The translations under genes were made by a program, and so were the position numbers. This document shows, piece after piece, positions 51,344 through 64,000 of a stretch of 64,000 nucleotides of DNA (positions within the stretch are counted from its first letter, which is position 1; each line of letters starts with the position of its first letter). Source of the stretch: the human T2T-CHM13v2.0 reference genome, Homo sapiens; the NCBI RefSeq assembly GCF_009914755.1, contig NC_060931.1, one strand, 5' to 3'. The notes beneath the pieces are model-generated. The model saw nothing but the letters and a program-made list of their open reading frames with translations. It was not told where the DNA came from and ran no database searches.

Positions 51344-52325
51344 CTGAAAAGTGAGAACATCAGGGTGAGTTATCCTGACCTTGAGACTGCTTCTCTCTTT
51401 CATTAAAACAAAACAAAACAAAATATATATATATACACGAACCAAGAAGCCGATCCCCTCTTGCCACCTCAGTTATTTGAACTCAGCTACTCAAGGTCTA
51501 TTTTGTCGAGATCAAGGGCTCCCATGAGTGACTGTGAGGCAGATCTGATCACTCAGAGGGGGAAAGGTAACCTCATAAAACCTGAAGATGTGAAAGGAGA
51601 ACATAGCTGCTGCTCAGAAACTCCACTAGCCCATCTTGAAAAGAAATTATCTACGAACAGAGTAATTCCCAGTTTCCAATTCTAGGCCTTATAGTTTTGC
51701 TGAGTGTCCCTAAACTTTTCTTTTCTTTTTTTGGAGACAGAGTCTTGCTCTATCCCCCAGGCTGGAGTGCAGTGGTGCAATCTCGGCTCACTGCAACCTC
51801 CGCCTACTGAGGTCAAGCAGTTCTGATGCCTCAAACTCCCAAGTAGTGGAGATTGCAGGTACATGCCACCATACCCGGCTGATTTTTGTATTTTTAGTAG
51901 AGATGGGGTTTCACCATGTTGGCCAGGCTGGTCTCGAACTCCTGAACTCAGGTGATCCGCCTGACTCAGAAACCCAAAGTGCTGGGATTACAGGCATGAG
52001 CCACCACGCCTGGCCTTCTGCTCTTTCTTATTTTGCCCACCTAATGTAAGAAAACTAAGGTAAAATACATTTTTTAAGCAAACTAAAAGGAAGCTCTCTA
52101 GGTGGTATGGCTACTATACTCAGGAGACTTTAACTTCCCTTGACCCAAAAATGGCTATCTGGAAGTCAGCATCCTCAGAGTACACTTCAGATGCAAACTA
52201 GAATACATCAGTGTAAACTAAGGAAGTCCACAGCCTTTGCTTGAGTAAAACTAGATGCAACAGGCCGGGCGCCGTGGCTCACGCCTGTAATCCCAGCACT
52301 TTGGGAGGCCGAGGCGGGCAGATCA

Positions 52326-52583
<258 letters not shown>

Positions 52584-53059
52584 CTAATTTTTGAAACTTT
52601 TCTACAGACGGGGTTGCGTCACGTTGCCCAGGGCAGTCTCGAACTCCTTAGACCAAGCCATCCTCCCCCTCGGCCTCCCAAAGTGCTGGGATTATAGAGT
52701 CCAGCCAGCCTCATGTTTTCTTTAAGCAGTCCCTCCCTGTTGCACAGTTGGATAGTTTATTTTTTTATTTTTTTAGACATGGTTTACCTCAGTCTCGCAG
52801 GACGGAGTGCTGTGATGGGATCACAGCTCATGGCAGCCTTGAACCTTGGGGTTCAAGGAGCTGGGAAGTTGAGGTGAAACTACTGAGACTGGGTCGCGCC
52901 ACGTTGCTGAGGCTGCTCTTTAACTCCTGGCCTGAAGGGATCCTTCCGCCTCGGCCGCATCCAGACATAGTTTTCTAGTTTTGACCCACAGAAACAGTGC
53001 TGGGTCGGAGTTTGTCAACTACCCATCTCCAGACAGCAACACAAAGGACCTGGCAGGGA

Positions 53060-53660
53060 GGTCGCGGTTACCAAGCTCCACTCTAAGGAGAAAACAGCCT
53101 AGCTCCAGGCACTGTACCGTCACTGTGACGTCGCGGAAGGCCCGGTGCTGTGACATCGCCGAAGACACGCGCCTTCGGCGAACGCCCGTCCCCGTGACGT
53201 CACCAGAGGTGCGCCCAATCGGAACTCGAGGCGGGGCTGCGGGGGGGGGGGGGGGCCTGGGTCTTCCAGAAGCGCGCATGCGCAGGCGGGTGGCCACAGG
53301 CAGCTGTCAGCTTCTGCGGGCTCGGACCCGGCGGCAGGCAACAATAAGCTACAAGGGGAGCTTTACCACTGCCTGGATTACTACTACCTGCGCGTTGGGC
53401 GCAGCAAGGGCTTGACGCTACTGGAGCACGCGCTGCGCACCAACCTGCTGGCGCCCAGCGGGCACAAGCACAAGGTGGCGCAGAAGCTCCTCAATGGACA
53501 GCACAAGCCCGCTAGAGCCAGCTGCAGTCCTTGCCACGCACTCGCCTCACCTGAGGCTGTGTAGGTGCGGCCCCCAACACCTAACCCAGCCAGGTACCGG
53601 GGACCACAGCAGCGTCCCCTGCCGCCCAGCGCCGCTCATACTGGGCAGGGTTGGCCCCCT
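53060..53660. promoter_or_regulatory. CpG-island promoter with CRE sites, ETS-like site, CCAAT box, GC box and NRF1 motif
   Basis: TGACGTCG 53126-53133 followed by CGGAAG; perfect GTGACGTCAC 53194-53203; CCAAT 53215-53219; GAGGCGGGGC ~53228-53237; G15 53241-53255; GCGCATGCGC 53274-53283; dense CpG. Confidence 0.8.
53278..53554 (+). pseudogene. NUPR2: Degenerate NUPR2 (NUPR1L/p8-like) copy with frameshifts
   Basis: Across two frameshifts it reads ISYKG/ELYHCLDYYYLRVGRSKGLTLLEHALRTNLLAPSGHKHKVAQKLLNGQHK/QLQSLPRTRLT* (TGA 53552-53554). This matches recalled NUPR2 ISYEEELYDCLDYYYLR...GRSKGRTRREQALRTNWPAPGGHERKVAQKLLNGQRKRRQRQLHPKMRTRLT. Confidence 0.85.
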
Positions 53661-53805
53661 CTGAGGCTGCCCCGCATTAGGGAGCTGCACCCCCTAGCTT
53701 GACATCTGATGGCTGTTGCAGCAACATTAAAATCTTTGGAAATTTGTAGGGTGGTAGAAGGGGCTAGGAAACGAAGAAAACATCTTATTAAAAATAAAAG
53801 CGATC

Positions 53806-59710
<5,905 letters not shown>

Positions 59711-61202
59711 TCTCTTGGGTTATCTACATAAAATAACCATTTACAAATAATAGCTATTATTTGTTCTAAGTTCAGACAACAACCCCATGAAGCAGTAATA
59801 TTATTAACTCCATTTCACAACTGAGGGCTCTGAAACATGAGATTTGTTCAGGGCCAATGAGCTAATAAGTAGCAGAATAAAATTCAAAACCAAATCCAAG
59901 ACTTCCAGCTCCAGAGTTCATGTCCTCACCACCAGACAATAATAGCTCTATACTGATTATGTTAACTCCTTTTTTATCTACTTTTATTTCTGTTTGAAGA
60001 CTGAGTATCTTGACAAATGTCTCCAATGTTTCATTTTTAGGAATGATGATGGCTGCAGCTTAACCAGAAAACCTTTGTAGCATGAGAGTATTAATAATAA
60101 TGTATATTTTCCTAAGAAAGAATCAAATCAATTTTTGGAACAGGGGTGGATTGCAAAACTTTATTAATAAAGACTTCTGTTCCAAAGGTTTATTCTAATC
60201 ACATTTACCCTACATAAAATACCAACACCTTCTTGTTGCAAAAACAGAAACTCCAGCCATTGTATTGACACTGACTTAAGAGAAATAGAAACCTCTACAT
60301 AAGGCAAGAGTCCGTACCAGAATAATTCAACCAATATGAGAAACCTCCAAAAAAATCAATTCAATGACCTACTTTAAAGATATGTGAGAGTCCCCAAAAA
60401 GTCAGTTTTTGTGGGAAGTTGGTATGCAGTTGATATGGTGCAATCTTGGCTCACTGCAACCCAACCTCCCATTTCAAGGAATTCTCCTGCCTCAGCCTCC
60501 TGAGGAGCTAGGATTACAGGCACCTGCTACAATGCTAAGCTAATTTTTGTACCTGTTTTGAGATCTTTTAGGCAATTTATCAGAAATGCTCCCTAAACAT
60601 CCTGGCTTCCCGTCCCCCCACCCCTTACTTCGCAGGGTCTTAGCACAGAAAACCAAGTCCATAAGCTGCACCACTCCAAATTGATTAGCTTCACAGTACA
60701 TTTAGTCGAAAGCAAATAAGCAGAGTTTAGTAGGAAGAAAAAGGAAGAATTCAGGTCAGGAGTGGTGGCTCGTGCCTGCAATTCCAGCTCTTAGAGAGGT
60801 CGAGGTTGGAGGACTGCTTGAGCCCAGGAGTATGAGACGAGCCTGGGCAACATAGTGAGACACGATATCTCAAAAAAAAAAAAAAAAAAAATTAGCCCAG
60901 TGTGATGGTGCATGCCTGTGGTACCAACTACACAGCAGGCTGAGGTGAGAGGATTGCTTCAGCCTGGGTGGTCAAGGCTGCGGTGAGCTACGATTGTACC
61001 ACTGCACTCCAGCCTGGGTGACAGAGTGAGGCCCTGTAGCAAAAAAAGAAAAAAAAAAGGGGGGGGGGGGGGAAGTATTCAGCCTTATTAACTTACAGAT
61101 AATTAAATACTGTCTTGCCTAGAATCAATAACCACTGTAACAAAACAATGCTTGAAAATCACTTCACATCCTCTGAACTGACCTTTTTAAAAAAATATCT
61201 CA

Positions 61203-61451
<249 letters not shown>

Positions 61452-62175
61452 TTAGGCCTACAGTGGCCAACTCTACAGCATGTGGATTTTCACTAGCTAC
61501 AGAAATCACGACATTCACACCTGCTAATTGGCAGAGGGGATCAAGTAAGGTAATAAATTTAATCTCAAAATAACATTTTAATTCTCCCAGAGAAAAATTT
61601 CACTACCCACGACTACCACTAAGTCCAAGCAGTGGGCTCTCATGAATGCCCAACCTTTTCCAACAAGCGTGGCGGACAGCAAAGGGTGCTGAAGCACGTG
61701 GTGACAGCACTGCTGGAGAGGCAGCGTGCCTCTATGGGTGCACATCTGCCGGTAACTTGGAACATCATAAAAGAGCCAAGGCAGCTTAATTTTACACCAA
61801 ATTCTTGCCACTAGCAGGAATAAAACTTTCAGACTCTGGCCAGGCAGTGGGGTATACCAAAGGGTTCTTTCAGCTCTTAGATCATCCCTGAGGTCAGCTT
61901 CCTGGGGAACCCTCCTTGGCCCATCTGCCATGAAAGACAACGTGTGGGGGACAGATACATTGGGCAGTGCACAGGCCTTATCTTAACTTTTGAGTGCTTT
62001 TATTCCCTTATGAGGCTACTGTGTGAATTACATAACTTTTGCTTATTTTATTGTTTGGTTCCTTTAATCTTTTAATTCTAGGTTATAATTACTGTTACTA
62101 TGTCTTGATCTATTTATTTTTCTTTTCTACTTATATGGAACTTATAAATAAGAATTGGGTAAGACTGGGTAAGAC

Positions 62176-63635
<1,460 letters not shown>

Positions 63636-63941
63636 TTTTTTTTTCTTTTTTTTTTTTTTGAGACAAAGTTTTGCTCTTATTGCCCAGGCTAGAGTGCAGT
63701 GGTGCAATCTTGGCTCACTGCAACCTCTGCCTTCCAGTTTGAAGCGATTCTCCTGCCTCAGCTTCTCAAGTCGCTGGGATTACAGGTGCCCGCCACCATG
63801 CCCAGCTAATTTTTTTGTATTTTAGTAGAGACGGGGTTTCACCATGTTGGTCAGGCTGGTCTCAAACTGCTGACCTCGTGATCCACACACCTCGGCCTCC
63901 CAAAGTGCTGGGATTACAGGTGTAAGCCACAGCGCTTGGCC
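63636..63941 (-). mobile_element. Full-length AluS fused directly 5' of the SKP1 retrocopy
   Basis: Alu consensus in the same orientation as the SKP1 copy; its A-tail abuts the SKP1 5'UTR. Confidence 0.93.
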
Positions 63942-64000
63942 CAAGATTGGGTAAGATTTTTAAAGCCATTTTTAATACCTTCATTTATCTTTAGACTTCT

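Noticed and set aside
52981-53415. 144-aa ORF over the CpG island as a real protein
   Set aside because: Starts at TTG and runs through promoter motifs and poly-G. Only a short stretch (ISYK) is in the NUPR2 frame before a frameshift.
61578-61940. 120-aa minus-strand ORF
   Set aside because: No recognisable homology; its ATG lies within a putative polypyrimidine tract/acceptor; length is compatible with chance.

Overview
Alu-dense primate (human-like) genomic DNA. From recalled sequence and gene order it is most consistent with human 7q11.21 (TPST1 3' end, then LINC00174, GTF2I pseudogene, SKP1 pseudogene); this placement was not verified by alignment. Almost all ORF-track entries are Alu or repeat translations. 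Supported content, left to right: a ~61-bp VNTR just upstream of a non-coding terminal exon (TPST1-like, + strand); a ~3.3-kb GC-rich degenerate tandem array inside a probable minus-strand lncRNA last exon; three dispersed copies of a MER1A/unique/LTR/Alu module, each carrying the same minus-strand splice acceptor; a U6 retropseudogene; three disabled GTF2I exons (minus strand), one with its splice donor duplicated by an Alu target-site duplication (TSD); a CpG-island promoter (CRE, CCAAT, GC box, NRF1) overlapping a frameshifted NUPR2-like copy that the ORF track misses; and a SKP1 processed copy with an intact 162-aa ORF. The SKP1 copy and the Alu fused to its 5' end sit inside a single TSD pair, which suggests an Alu-SKP1 template-switch chimera. 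Together, 18-53 kb looks like a mosaic minus-strand transcription unit assembled from duplicated pieces.
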